Positions 1-9,572 of a stretch of 64,000 bases of DNA are shown here, in pieces. The stretch spans positions 1,901-65,900 of the forward strand of contig CBIHOL010000011.1 in NCBI GenBank assembly GCA_966211905.1. The letters are read 5' to 3'. How positions within the stretch are numbered: the stretch's first letter is position 1; every line of letters starts with the position of its first letter. The notes below the pieces were generated by a model. The model had not been told where the DNA came from. It made no database searches and saw only the letters and a program-made list of their open reading frames with translations. The position numbers and the translations under genes are program-made. The DNA is from an uncultured bacterium. GTDB taxonomy: Bacteria; Bacteroidota; Bacteroidia; B-17B0; Aurantibacillaceae.

Positions 1-597
1 CCACAATGCAAAATCAAGGCGCCCCTTTTTTTCGTCCTGCCCGCTTAATTCGCGTGTTCCTTCGAGCAGCTCTTCCATTTTGCGATTGGTAAGCTGACCA
101 TAATTAAATTCCTTACTGTATTTCTCAACATCAAAATAAACCGTCCCATTGATTTCATAAGCGAGGCCATTTGTAATGATCTCCTTGATCATTTCAATCT
201 GCTCGGCAATATGACCAGTTGCGGTAGGTTCAATACTGGGAGGAATAGTGTTGAATTCCCGCATAATATCATGAAATCCCACGGTATATTTTTGGACGAT
301 CTCCATGGGTTCAAGCTGTTCCAGCTTTGCTTTTTTTGCAAACTTATCATCGCCTTCATCGCGGTCGCCTTCCAGGTGTCCGGCGTCCGTGATATTGCGC
401 ACATATCGCACTTTGTAGCCAAGGTGACGCAGGTAGCGGTAAATGAGATCAAATGAAATAAATGTGCGGCAATTGCCCAGATGCACGTCGCTATAAACGG
501 TGGGACCACAAACGTACAATCCTACGAAGGGAGGATTGATCGGTTTAAATTCTTCTTTTTTTCTCGTGAGGGTATTGTATATCGAAAGGCCGTGCAT
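1..597 (-). CDS. cysS: Cysteine--tRNA ligase, N-terminal part (gene continues beyond the left edge)
   Basis: Missing from the ORF track because it has no stop inside the window. Manual minus-strand translation from the ATG at 597-595 gives [74 protein letters not shown]... This carries a class I synthetase HIGH-type motif (HLGN) in a CysRS-like context. I checked that the frame stays open down to position 1. Track ORFs 189-509(-), 211-456(+) and 481-852(+) are in other frames and look spurious. Confidence 0.85.
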   Translation of the reverse strand, partial: MHGLSIYNTLTRKKEEFKPINPPFVGLYVCGPTVYSDVHLGNCRTFISFDLIYRYLRHLGYKVRYVRNITDAGHLEGDRDEGDDKFAKKAKLEQLEPMEIVQKYTVGFHDIMREFNTIPPSIEPTATGHIAEQIEMIKEIITNGLAYEINGTVYFDVEKYSKEFNYGQLTNRKMEELLEGTRELSGQDEKKGRLDFALW

Positions 598-653
598 AAT
601 TCATGTAAAGTACGTGAAAAAATGAGATCGAAAAAAGACAAGTTTACTAAAAC

Positions 654-681
654 AAAAAACCCCCTTTCCGGAGGCTTTTTA
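654..681 (-). terminator. Putative intrinsic terminator after the skp paralog
   Basis: The minus-strand RNA reads GCCUCCGGAAAGGGGGUUUUUUG. The stem is CCUCC/GGGGG with one G-U pair, followed by a U6 run, 4-10 nt after the stop at 684. On the plus strand the same stem has a C-A mismatch, so it fits the minus transcript better. Confidence 0.45.
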
Positions 682-683
682 AA

Positions 684-1307
684 TTATTTGTTACCACCTT
701 TTGAAGGTGGTGGAGGCGTTTTACCTCCGGTGTTCATTGGCACCTTTATTCCACCTGTTCCTGCAGGCGTAGTGCCTGGAATTGTTGCCAGAGGCATTGT
801 GTCTAATTTTTTCTTAACAGCATTAAGGATATCATCGCTTGGCTCGCTATAAAGAACTGCTGTGCTTTGAGGGCTTGTATCCAGTACGTATTTGTATCCG
901 GCTTCTTTAGCAACCGCTTCAATTCCTTTTCTTGCTTTGTCCATGATAGGCGCTGTTAGTTCGGCCTGTTTACGCTTGTAATCCATTTCGGCCTGGCGCT
1001 GAAAATCCTGGATGCGGGTTTGAAGCTGCTGAAGATCTTCCTGCTTATTCTTTTTGATCATATCGCTCATATTGGCTTCGCCATCCATATATGCCTTATA
1101 CTTGTTTTCAAACTCTCCCTGCATAGCAACCATTTCCTGGTTAAGTCCCTGCAGATACTTTTCTGCGGCTTCAGTGGCGGTTTTGGTTTCAGGCATTAAC
1201 GTCACCAGCGAATCAAAGCTGAGGTGGGCTATTTTCTGAGCGTTTGCAAAGGTCAATAATCCCATTGCAGCAACAACCATTGCCGCTTTTTTAACTGTAG
1301 TCTTCAT
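684..1307 (-). CDS. OmpH/Skp-family periplasmic chaperone with a Pro/Gly-rich C-terminal tail
   Basis: Signal peptide MKTTVKKAAMVVAAMGLLTFANA, then a K/E/Q-rich coiled-coil body typical of Skp/OmpH. It is the last gene of a uppS-bamA-skp-skp arrangement. The tail TIPGTTPAGTGGIKVPMNTGGKTPPPPSKGGNK is atypical. Confidence 0.8.
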   Translation of the reverse strand: MKTTVKKAAMVVAAMGLLTFANAQKIAHLSFDSLVTLMPETKTATEAAEKYLQGLNQEMVAMQGEFENKYKAYMDGEANMSDMIKKNKQEDLQQLQTRIQDFQRQAEMDYKRKQAELTAPIMDKARKGIEAVAKEAGYKYVLDTSPQSTAVLYSEPSDDILNAVKKKLDTMPLATIPGTTPAGTGGIKVPMNTGGKTPPPPSKGGNK

Positions 1308-1338
1308 GTTTTTTTCCGGTATAATTTAGGGGTCAAAT

Positions 1339-1860
1339 TTACTTCTTATATCCAAGGTATACTAATACATCGTCACTAATATCGTACTTGGTATTAGCGT
1401 AAAGAATAGATACCTGGCCTGATTTATCAAGGATAAAACCCAGCGCTTTTTTTTCAGCTACCACCTTAATGGCGTTGTAAACCTTGTCCTGTATGGGTTT
1501 TACCAGCTCCTGGCGTTTCTTGAACAATTCACCATCAACTCCGAAGCGCTGTTTTTGCAGGTCTTTCACCTCTTTTTCCTTGTTAAGGATCTCATTCTCC
1601 CGTTTTTTCTTCATTTCGTCGGTAAGGAGGATGGCATCGGCCTGGTAAGCCTTGTAGAGCTTATCAACTTCGGAGTATTTTCCGTCGATCTCTTTTTGCC
1701 ACTGAACGCTGGTTTTATCCAGCTCCGTTTGAGCAGCTTTATATTCGGGGATCTGGCTCATTAAATAATCTGTGTCAACATAACCGAATTTGGCTGCCTG
1801 TTGCGAAAAGGACACAAACGACGCAAAACAGGCAATTATAAGAAGAAGTTTAGTTTTCAT
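1339..1860 (-). CDS. OmpH/Skp-family periplasmic chaperone
   Basis: 173 aa with signal peptide MKTKLLLIIACFASFVSFSQ and a coiled-coil, lysine/glutamate-rich body. Sits immediately downstream of bamA. Confidence 0.8.
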   Translation of the reverse strand: MKTKLLLIIACFASFVSFSQQAAKFGYVDTDYLMSQIPEYKAAQTELDKTSVQWQKEIDGKYSEVDKLYKAYQADAILLTDEMKKKRENEILNKEKEVKDLQKQRFGVDGELFKKRQELVKPIQDKVYNAIKVVAEKKALGFILDKSGQVSILYANTKYDISDDVLVYLGYKK

Positions 1861-1930
1861 AGCTGGAAGTTAAAATTAGAAACATATAACGTGCCAATAA
1901 GATGCAATATGTGCAATTAACATTTTTTTG

Positions 1931-4510
1931 TTACAACTCGCCCAGTGTACCGCCAATAGTGAAGTGGAACTGACCTTTGCCATTGCCATTGTTGAAGCTG
2001 CCGGGGATATTATCAAAGCCCCATCCGTAATCGATGCCCAGTAACCCAAACATAGGAAGAAAGACCCTGAGACCGAAGCCCGCACTCCGCTTCACTGAAA
2101 ACGGATTAAATGTTTTGAAGTTTGACCAGGTGTTTCCCGCTTCAGCAAAGCCAAGCACGAATATGGTAGCCTGCGGATTTAAACTTATAGGATACCTGAG
2201 CTCCATTGTATACCGCGCGCAGATAGGATCTCCATATGCCGATGACACCGTGTTATCAAGATATCCACGCAGACCGATGATCTCCCTTGCTACAAAATTC
2301 TGGAAACCACTGATACCGCTTCCTCCCATATAGAAACGTTCAAACGGTGAAAAGCCTGTCTTTGGCGAGTAATAAGCAAGAAACCCATATCCTACCTTGG
2401 TTCTTAAAACGAGGTTCCGCGCTTCCTTGCCCTCTGCAACTTTTTGATTTGTAAGTTGCGTGAACCATTCAGCAGTGATCTTGTATTTCTGGTATTCGAT
2501 GAACTTATATCTCTCTGCCGGTCCGATCTCATGATAGTTCTTATCGTTGTAAAGTGAGTAAGGAGGTGTAAGCTGTGCACTCAGCACAAAATTAGATCCC
2601 ATTTTCGGATAGATAGGAGCATCGATAGAGTTGCGGGAAATGTTGATCCCAAGATTCAGGTCATTCGCGTCGCCGGTATTAAAAACAAATGACGGAAAAC
2701 TGTCAAGCACATAATGATTGTAGTTCAGGTTGGTGAACATATTAAAATAGTTGTCCGGCCACTTAAGTCTTCTTCCAAGACCAATAGAACCGCCGACAAT
2801 GCTCATGCTCTGGCGGTTTGGATTCGGGATCTTTCCTTCAGATGTTTTCAGATATTTAGGCTGCCCTGTATTGTTGAACAGTGTATGGAACATCGAAAAA
2901 GTGAGCGAGTTCGGTTTTTTTCCTCCCAGCCATGGTTCGGTGAAAGAGAAATTGTATGATTGATAATAGATACCATTTGTCTGGGCGCGGATACTTAATC
3001 GCTGTCCATCTCCACTTGGCAAAGGCCTCCAGGCTTCGCGCTTAAAAAAATTACGTGTAGAAAAGTTATTGAATGTAACGCCTAATGTTCCTACAATACC
3101 TAGTCCACGCTGAGGTCCGCTGGTGCTGCGGCCGCCCCATCCACCACTCAGCTCGATCTGATCGCTTGGTTTTTCCTCAACAATGTATTCAATGTCCACG
3201 GTGCCGTCTGCGGCATTTGGAGTTGGGATCACGTTCAGTTTTTCCGGATCAAAATAACCAAGCTGCGCCAGCTGTCGATTGGAACGGATGATATCGCTTC
3301 GCCTGAACAACTGTCCTGGCCTGGTGTGGATCTCGCGATAGATCACATGATCGTTGGTCTTATCATTTCCTTTAATTGTGATCTTGTTAATGGTAGCCTG
3401 CTTGCCTTCGTACATCAGGATGTCGAAGTCGATCGTATCATTATGAATGTTGCTTTCCTGTTCGTGAGCCTGGAAGAAAAGATAACCATCATCCAGGTAT
3501 AAACTGGACACATCATAACCTGACGGATTCATATACAGTTTTTGTTCCAGCTTGCTCTGATCATATACATCACCCGCATGAATATTCAGAATAGTATCGA
3601 GCTGACCTGACCGGTACTTGGTATTTCCGTACCATTTAAAAGTGCCGAAATAATATTTGTGACCTTCGTCAATGGTGATATCTATTGCAACACGGTCGTC
3701 TGACACAAAATACACGGTGTCTTTTACTATCCGTGCATCGCGGTATCCTTTACTATTATACTTAGCAGGAATGGCAGGAAGATCCTTTTTAAGATTTTGT
3801 TCGAGGTATTTGGCAGAATTGAAGGGGTTATACCACCTGTATGGCTTACTGTCTTCAAGTTTGCGGCGAAGCTTGCCATCACTGAGCACCGTGTTACCGT
3901 GAATGTTCACTTCACTGATCTTCACCTTGCGTTTCTTATTAACCGTTATCGTAAGCACCACGTGAGGAGAACGGGTGGAACTGTCACGTACCTGGGTAAT
4001 GTCGACTTTCGTATAATAATACCCCTTGTTGATGTAATAATCGCGGACAGTATTTTTTACGTTGCCTAAAAGATAATCAGTTACCACCCGCTCTTTCATG
4101 AGTCGGATTTGGTTTCGCAGGTCGTCGGCTTCACTACGTTTTACGTCACCTTTAAAGGCAAATTTTGTCAGGCGGGGTCTTTCAACCACTTTAATAATTA
4201 AGAACAGGTCATTGCCGATCACTTTATCGCGAATGATCTGGACATCTTCAAACAGATTTTGTTTCCATAGTTTTTTTATGGCATCGGTGATCCTTTCGCC
4301 AGGCACACTTATCTCATCACCTTCTGTGAGTCCCGATACCAGCTTGATGACACTTTTGTCGGTAACCACCGCGCCTTCAACAGCGATAGGACCAAGACGG
4401 AAACGTTGTTTATTCCTTGAAGTTTCAAGAAAAAGACTGTCAGCGTCCTGTGCATAAACACCGTTAATGATCATCACAAGAAAAATGCTACTCAGGAACC
4501 TTTTGATCAT
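1931..4510 (-). CDS. bamA: Outer membrane protein assembly factor BamA (Omp85 family)
   Basis: Long POTRA-type N-terminal region followed by a C-terminal Omp85 beta-barrel (...GFGLRVFLPMFGLLGIDYGWGF...). I place the start at Met48 of the track ORF (ATG at 4510-4508). That start gives the signal peptide MIKRFLSSIFLVMIINGVYAQ and removes the overlap with uppS, whose stop is at 4515. Confidence 0.9.
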   Translation of the reverse strand: MIKRFLSSIFLVMIINGVYAQDADSLFLETSRNKQRFRLGPIAVEGAVVTDKSVIKLVSGLTEGDEISVPGERITDAIKKLWKQNLFEDVQIIRDKVIGNDLFLIIKVVERPRLTKFAFKGDVKRSEADDLRNQIRLMKERVVTDYLLGNVKNTVRDYYINKGYYYTKVDITQVRDSSTRSPHVVLTITVNKKRKVKISEVNIHGNTVLSDGKLRRKLEDSKPYRWYNPFNSAKYLEQNLKKDLPAIPAKYNSKGYRDARIVKDTVYFVSDDRVAIDITIDEGHKYYFGTFKWYGNTKYRSGQLDTILNIHAGDVYDQSKLEQKLYMNPSGYDVSSLYLDDGYLFFQAHEQESNIHNDTIDFDILMYEGKQATINKITIKGNDKTNDHVIYREIHTRPGQLFRRSDIIRSNRQLAQLGYFDPEKLNVIPTPNAADGTVDIEYIVEEKPSDQIELSGGWGGRSTSGPQRGLGIVGTLGVTFNNFSTRNFFKREAWRPLPSGDGQRLSIRAQTNGIYYQSYNFSFTEPWLGGKKPNSLTFSMFHTLFNNTGQPKYLKTSEGKIPNPNRQSMSIVGGSIGLGRRLKWPDNYFNMFTNLNYNHYVLDSFPSFVFNTGDANDLNLGINISRNSIDAPIYPKMGSNFVLSAQLTPPYSLYNDKNYHEIGPAERYKFIEYQKYKITAEWFTQLTNQKVAEGKEARNLVLRTKVGYGFLAYYSPKTGFSPFERFYMGGSGISGFQNFVAREIIGLRGYLDNTVSSAYGDPICARYTMELRYPISLNPQATIFVLGFAEAGNTWSNFKTFNPFSVKRSAGFGLRVFLPMFGLLGIDYGWGFDNIPGSFNNGNGKGQFHFTIGGTLGEL

Positions 4511-4514
4511 ATAC

Positions 4515-5261
4515 TTAATTGTGTGCAATTTGTTCGCTGGTTTGGCCGAAGCGACGCTCGCGGTGCTGGTACGAAATGATGGCTTTAAAAAATTCTTCTT
4601 TTCTGAAATCAGGCCAGAGCACATCGGTGAAATAAAATTCTGCATAAGCAAGTTGCCAGAGAAGGAAATTGCTGATCCTATGCTCGCCGCTGGTCCTGAT
4701 CATAAGTTCAGGTTCGGGAAAATCCTTCGTGTTCAGGTTTTCGTTTATTAGCTTTGAAGTAATGTCAGCCGCTTTAAGTTCACCTTTCTCCACCTTTGCG
4801 GCAATTTTTCTAACAGCGTCAGTGATCTCCCATTTGCTGGAATAGCTTAATGCAAGAATGAGCGTAACCCGCGTATTGTCTGCGGTAAGATTTATTGATT
4901 CCTGTAATTCATTCTGACATGAAAGGGGCAGACTTTTTATATCGCCGATCACCTGAAGGCGAACACCTTTTTTGTGAAGGTTGGGAGTCTCCATGCTGAT
5001 AGTGGCTACGAGCAATTCCATCAAAGCCTCAACTTCATCCTTGGGACGGTTCCAGTTCTCGGTGCTGAAAGCATAAAGAGTCAGGTACTTAACCCCAATT
5101 TCCCCACAGGCTTCAACGATCTCACGAACAGAATTAACACCCTCATGGTGACCGAAGATCCTGTCTTCGCCATGCTGCTTTGCCCAGCGACCGTTTCCAT
5201 CCATAATGATAGCGACGTGGCTGGGGATGTTATTTTTATTGATTGTTTGCTTCAGATCCAT
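4515..5261 (-). CDS. uppS: Isoprenyl transferase / undecaprenyl-diphosphate synthase
   Basis: Motifs HVAIIMDGNGRWA and IRTSGEHRISNFLLWQLAYAEFYF. The track start at 5279 is a TTG lying inside a TAnnTTTG box, so the ATG at 5261 (MDLKQTINK...) is preferred. Confidence 0.9.
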   Translation of the reverse strand: MDLKQTINKNNIPSHVAIIMDGNGRWAKQHGEDRIFGHHEGVNSVREIVEACGEIGVKYLTLYAFSTENWNRPKDEVEALMELLVATISMETPNLHKKGVRLQVIGDIKSLPLSCQNELQESINLTADNTRVTLILALSYSSKWEITDAVRKIAAKVEKGELKAADITSKLINENLNTKDFPEPELMIRTSGEHRISNFLLWQLAYAEFYFTDVLWPDFRKEEFFKAIISYQHRERRFGQTSEQIAHN

Positions 5262-5276
5262 GTTATAATGGGTGGG

Positions 5277-5284
5277 CAAAGATA
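5277..5284 (-). promoter_or_regulatory. Bacteroidota-type -7 box (TATCTTTG on the minus strand) for the uppS-bamA-skp operon
   Basis: Plus strand reads caaagata, so minus strand reads TATCTTTG, which matches TAnnTTTG. It ends 15 nt upstream of the ATG at 5261. Confidence 0.35.
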
Positions 5285-5668
5285 GTAAAATCGTAAAAAT
5301 CAGCTAATTAATTTAATTCCATTTTTGTTTTTTAACAGCGGCTTTTTGTCTGACATCAACTCATGAGACGCGCCTGAAGAGAAAAAGTTACAACTGCTTT
5401 CCAGGCTTTTGAATTTATTTTTCAGGTGCTCACAAAATCGTCTTCAAATTTACGTCTGATAATATTTTAAGCCTGCAATTATTGTAACGATTTATCTAAG
5501 ATCAAGTGCAGCGTTGTAAAAAACGCAGAGTGATTTACAGCGGTTTGAATAAAAAAGAAGTCACGCGTTTGTCCTTTTATCATTAAAAAATAAACAGAAG
5601 CCCAACCATTTTGTTTTGCGGCTGTATTGTTGTTTGAAGAGAATTTATTTACCCAAAAACTTTTTATC

Positions 5669-8600
5669 ATGATCTCTAACCTACTAAAATCAAAAATCAT
5701 CTTAGCTGCAGCGTTTATTATTTCGTTTAGCCAGCTTTATTCTCAGGGACCAGTAGTAAACGCCACTGTTATACAGCAGCCCTGTAACAACAACGGACAG
5801 ATAGCTGTAAGTGTGACAGGCCTCACGCCCCCGTTAAAATTTGTGTATACCAACTGGGCGGCGATGCTAACGTATACTTTTGGCGGAGTTAATGGTCTGA
5901 GCCACACTGTAACAGGATTACCAGCTTATCATACGGATAATTTCCAAACGCCCAATTTCTGGGATATAACGGTATCAGATGGAGTTAATACAACGAACAC
6001 CTGGACCGTTTTAACCCCTCCATTTATGGATTCCATTCAAGTAACTCCCGGCCTTTGTCCCGCACCGAATACCGTGGCAGCTGTTGGTTTCGCAGGCGGT
6101 ACTGCACCTTACACATGTGTCTGGAAAAACAAAAGTACGAACCAGCTTTACAACGGAAACCCTGCGCAAGTTCCAAATGGTGATTACCTGATAACGATCA
6201 CCGACGGGGCAGGGTGCATGGTGACATCTGCCCCCGGAAGTTCGATAAACATACAGGTATCAGGAAAATCGACAGTCACAGTCAGTATGTCGGGTACGAA
6301 CGCGAATTGCACTAATGGCACAGCCACCGTAACAGCATCAGGGGGACAAACCCCATACACCTACTTATGGAACAACGGGGCTACTTCAGCTAATTTAACC
6401 GGATTAAGTTCCGGCGCTTATAATGTGATCGTCACAGATGGACAAGGTTGTTCAACGCAGGATTATTATTTTGTAGGCCAGTCAGTTAATATTTTTTTCA
6501 ATACCACTGTCACCAATGCTACCTGTCTTCAAAACAATGGTTCAATTTTAGGCTTTGCAAGTGGCGGAACCGCTCCTTATACGTATATGTGGAGCAACGG
6601 TGCCACCACATCAGGTATTTCCAATGTTGCGGGAGGAATCTACTATACCGCGCAAATCATGGATGCAAATGGATGTAAAGGAACGGGAGGAAACTTCGTC
6701 TCTCAAAGTACCCCTATTTCGCTTACTTACATTTCATCACCAAGCTCTTGTACTGCATCAACCGGGGCTGCTACTATAACTCCTGCAGGCGGGCAGACTC
6801 CTTATTCAATTACATGGCTGAGTACTTTTCCTAATCAAAGCGGACCAACTGCCACCAACTTGCAAGTGGGTTTTCATCAGGTAAAAGTTACAGACGCAAA
6901 CGGATGTGTGCAAATGGGTTCGGTGCCGGTGCAGCCAACTTCAACCTTGATTGTTAGTGCTGTTGCAAGCTCTCCGGTTTGTCCGGCAACGACTGGAAAC
7001 GTGATAACTACTGTAAGCGGAAGCAATCCCCCCTTTACTTATTTGTGGAGTAATAATACAACCGGCAGTTCAATTACTGGCGCAGCGACCGGCTATTACT
7101 CAGTGAAAGTTACGGATGCTGCTGGTTGCACTGTTAGCAAAGGCGATGCTATTACTCAAATCTCTCCCATTAATGTTGGTTTTAATACAACACCAGCTTC
7201 CTGTGTGTTTTTAAGTGACGGCGCAGCACTTGCAAGTGCTTCCGGAGGACAGTCACCTTATAATTATTCCTGGAGCAATAGCCAAACAGGAGCGAGCATC
7301 ACCGGGTTGGCACCGGGGAATTATTATGTTACTGTCACCGACGCTAATGGATGCAAAAACAAGCCGGGCAATTCATTGGCTGTAGTGACCCATAACCAGA
7401 ACAATAATTCCTGTTATTGTACAATTACAGGTACGATCTACAATGATCTGAATTCAGATTGTATAATAAACACTGGAGAGTCTGGTCATGGAGGCGTTGC
7501 CGTTCACATTTCGGGGATCGGCTTTGTTTTTACCAATTCCAACGGTGTATATAGCGCCAAGGTACCGTCAGGAACTTATACCGTGAGCGAGATTACTACT
7601 CCGGTTTACACCCTTACATCGTGTGAGACCAACAGCAAAGTAGTAGTTGCTACAGCTTCCGCAAATTGTGTAATGACCGTTAATTTTGCAAACACCATTG
7701 CGATCATACATGATGTTCATGTTATTACATCAAATATGAATCAAGCTGTTCCGGGGAACTCATACTCACAGAAGATAATTGTGCAAAATGACGGCACAGT
7801 GACAGAAAACTCTATTAAGTTTGGTTACGAACATGATGGCCAGCTTTCTCTTTCTAACAGTACCGGTTGGACATTTGTGCAACAAAATTCCGTTTCTTAT
7901 CCTAACTGGTACAGCATTAATTCCGGGTTTCCAAATTTAAGTCCTAATGCGGCATCATCCTCCATTATTCAATATAATGTGCCCACTAACATTCCGGTTA
8001 ATACTGTGGTAAATTTTAAAGACACTGTTGCGCACGCAGGGCCGATAAATACCGTGTGGCTGACTGACAATACTCCTTGGAATAATGTCAACTCTTCTCA
8101 GGTGGTTGTTGTGGCTTCGTATGACCCCAACTACAAAGAAGTGATGCCAAAAGGTCTCACTGCGAATGGTAACATCACAAGCAAAGATTCTATTCTCACT
8201 TATGTCATACATTTTCAGAACACGGGAACTTATTTTGCACAAAATATTGTGCTGGTAGATTCTCTTGACAATGACCTTAACATGACGACTCTGCGGCCGG
8301 GGTATTCAGAATACCCATATCACACAACCATGTCTGATAATGGTGTTGTTAAGTTCCACTTCGATAATATCAACCTTCCATGGCAAGAGGCGTATGGAGA
8401 TATGATGAGCTCCGGATTGGTGACCTACTCAATTAAAATGAAAAAGAATCTTGCTTTAGGAACACAGATCACAAACAAGGCTGCAATTTACTTTGATTAT
8501 AATGAACCGGTGATCACTAATAAAACGCTTAATACTCTGGTTTCCGCAACTCCTGGTACAGGACTGGCGGAATTGCATTCAATCAGCGGGGGCGAGATAC

Positions 8601-8842
8601 TGTTGTTCCCTAATCCAAGTTCCGGTGACGTTACAATTGTTTTCGAAGGTAAAAATGCTGCAGCCGGTTTGATCAGCATCACTGATATCAGCGGCAGGCA
8701 ATTATCATCACAGGATATTACAATAGAACCAGGCACGAACAGCTTTGTAAATCGCACTTCAGAATTTCAAAGCGGTATTTATCTGGTGACTATTAAGTCA
8801 GAAACTGAAACAGTAACAAAAAAACTTGTTATAGCCAAGTAA
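5669..8842 (+). CDS. Large T9SS-secreted cell-surface protein with SprB-type repeats
   Basis: Signal peptide MISNLLKSKIILAAAFIISFSQLYSQ (ATG at 5669). About seven repeats of the form C..NG.....ASGG..PY.Y.WSNG....ITGL..G.Y.V.VTD..GC. A CYCTITGTIYNDLNSDC...NGVYSAKVPSGTYTVSE module follows. The C-terminal sorting domain is LFPNPSSGDVTIVFEG...GIYLVTIKSETETVTKKLVIAK. Confidence 0.8.
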   Translation: MISNLLKSKIILAAAFIISFSQLYSQGPVVNATVIQQPCNNNGQIAVSVTGLTPPLKFVYTNWAAMLTYTFGGVNGLSHTVTGLPAYHTDNFQTPNFWDITVSDGVNTTNTWTVLTPPFMDSIQVTPGLCPAPNTVAAVGFAGGTAPYTCVWKNKSTNQLYNGNPAQVPNGDYLITITDGAGCMVTSAPGSSINIQVSGKSTVTVSMSGTNANCTNGTATVTASGGQTPYTYLWNNGATSANLTGLSSGAYNVIVTDGQGCSTQDYYFVGQSVNIFFNTTVTNATCLQNNGSILGFASGGTAPYTYMWSNGATTSGISNVAGGIYYTAQIMDANGCKGTGGNFVSQSTPISLTYISSPSSCTASTGAATITPAGGQTPYSITWLSTFPNQSGPTATNLQVGFHQVKVTDANGCVQMGSVPVQPTSTLIVSAVASSPVCPATTGNVITTVSGSNPPFTYLWSNNTTGSSITGAATGYYSVKVTDAAGCTVSKGDAITQISPINVGFNTTPASCVFLSDGAALASASGGQSPYNYSWSNSQTGASITGLAPGNYYVTVTDANGCKNKPGNSLAVVTHNQNNNSCYCTITGTIYNDLNSDCIINTGESGHGGVAVHISGIGFVFTNSNGVYSAKVPSGTYTVSEITTPVYTLTSCETNSKVVVATASANCVMTVNFANTIAIIHDVHVITSNMNQAVPGNSYSQKIIVQNDGTVTENSIKFGYEHDGQLSLSNSTGWTFVQQNSVSYPNWYSINSGFPNLSPNAASSSIIQYNVPTNIPVNTVVNFKDTVAHAGPINTVWLTDNTPWNNVNSSQVVVVASYDPNYKEVMPKGLTANGNITSKDSILTYVIHFQNTGTYFAQNIVLVDSLDNDLNMTTLRPGYSEYPYHTTMSDNGVVKFHFDNINLPWQEAYGDMMSSGLVTYSIKMKKNLALGTQITNKAAIYFDYNEPVITNKTLNTLVSATPGTGLAELHSISGGEILLFPNPSSGDVTIVFEGKNAAAGLISITDISGRQLSSQDITIEPGTNSFVNRTSEFQSGIYLVTIKSETETVTKKLVIAK
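5770..7360 (+). repeat. Tandem protein-level SprB-type repeats (about 75-80 aa period, about 7 copies)
   Basis: Recurring GG(T/Q)(A/T/S)PY(T/S/N)(Y/I/C).W motifs, each followed by VTD(A/G)xGC. The copies have diverged at the DNA level; I saw no near-identical DNA repeats. Confidence 0.6.
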
Positions 8843-8861
8843 CCTAACCTACTGTTCAGCG

Positions 8862-8893
8862 AAAAGCCTGCTCAATTACCGGCAGGCTTTTTT
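8862..8893 (+). terminator. Intrinsic terminator after the SprB-repeat gene
   Basis: AGCCTGC (8865-8871) pairs with GCAGGCT (8882-8888), followed by a T6 run, 20 nt after the stop codon. Confidence 0.7.
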
Positions 8894-8982
8894 CATTTAC
8901 TTATATGACATGTGCGAATCCAAAATAGTTCGCGTTAACCTTGGAGCACAAATCAGTAACCCGGAACCCGGAACGAGAAATC

Positions 8983-9001
8983 TCCGAAGGAGTCCTTCGG
9001 A
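8983..9001 (-). terminator. Possible terminator hairpin after the DUF4440-like gene
   Basis: TCCGAAGG-AGT-CCTTCGGA is a perfect 8-bp hairpin lying 7 nt past the minus-strand stop at 9008. The trailing U-tract is poor (GAUUUCUCGUU). Confidence 0.35.
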
Positions 9002-9007
9002 CCGAAA

Positions 9008-9424
9008 CTAACTAGTGTGATCAGCAACAATTACCCAGTTACCCGAGATCTTTCTCCACAATAATGTAAAATGTCCTCCAACAGGACTTTCTTTCTCCAG
9101 TTCCCATTTACCGATCACGTATACCGCCTCTTTTGATAACTCTGTGGCTTCGATAATAGTGAACTTTAATACACCCATTTCCTTTTTGGAAGGATACGAT
9201 CGTTTATAGTTGTCAAGCGTATGCTGCCAACCATAGGTAATCCCCTTACTTCCTATAAATTTTAAACTATCACTTTTCCAGTACGAATTCATGAACGCGT
9301 CAAGGTCACCATTGTTCCAGGACGATTCCTGGGCGGTCATTAACGCTTTAACCATGTTTACGGACACCTGGGAAAAAGAGAAAGAAGCCGTACTGAGAAG
9401 GGCTGTGAGCAGGAGATATTTCAT
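9008..9424 (-). CDS. Secreted SnoaL/NTF2-like (DUF4440-type) protein
   Basis: 138 aa with signal peptide MKYLLLTALLSTASFSFSQ. The pattern NGDLDAFMNSYW...GWQHTLDNYKRSYP...FTLLWRKISGNWVIVADHTS is typical of the small NTF2-fold family. Confidence 0.6.
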   Translation of the reverse strand: MKYLLLTALLSTASFSFSQVSVNMVKALMTAQESSWNNGDLDAFMNSYWKSDSLKFIGSKGITYGWQHTLDNYKRSYPSKKEMGVLKFTIIEATELSKEAVYVIGKWELEKESPVGGHFTLLWRKISGNWVIVADHTS

Positions 9425-9572
9425 GGTGTAAATTACGGAATTTGTCGACTGTTAAATCACGGTTTTTTATACTGTCATGAAGAATCAAACTTAAAAGTTA
9501 CGGGATTCCGGGAAATTTTCCGCTGGCACAAGGTTTTCTGTCCTTAGTATCTGACCATTAGCCGGACCGCCC

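Noticed and set aside
189-852. Track ORFs 189-509(-), 211-456(+) and 481-852(+)
   Set aside because: They overlap the cysS coding frame, which is open from 597 down to 1 and carries clear CysRS motifs. ORF 481-852 also overlaps the skp 3' end. Their translations look non-protein-like.
4511-4651. 47-aa N-terminal extension of the BamA ORF
   Set aside because: It would overlap the uppS 3' end by 137 nt and would place non-signal sequence ahead of a perfect signal peptide that starts at the ATG at 4510.
5479-5700. 73-aa minus-strand ORF in the long uppS / SprB-repeat intergenic region
   Set aside because: It overlaps the start of the 5669 gene, its composition is implausible, and it has no promoter or start context. 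The 389-nt spacer is better explained as a divergent promoter region.
5770-7360. Diversity-generating retroelement or recombination cassette among the SprB or Ig-like repeats (also 10900-11560 and 29400-30300)
   Set aside because: The repeat copies have diverged at the nucleotide level. I saw no near-identical template/variable repeat pair, and the window has no reverse transcriptase or recombinase gene.
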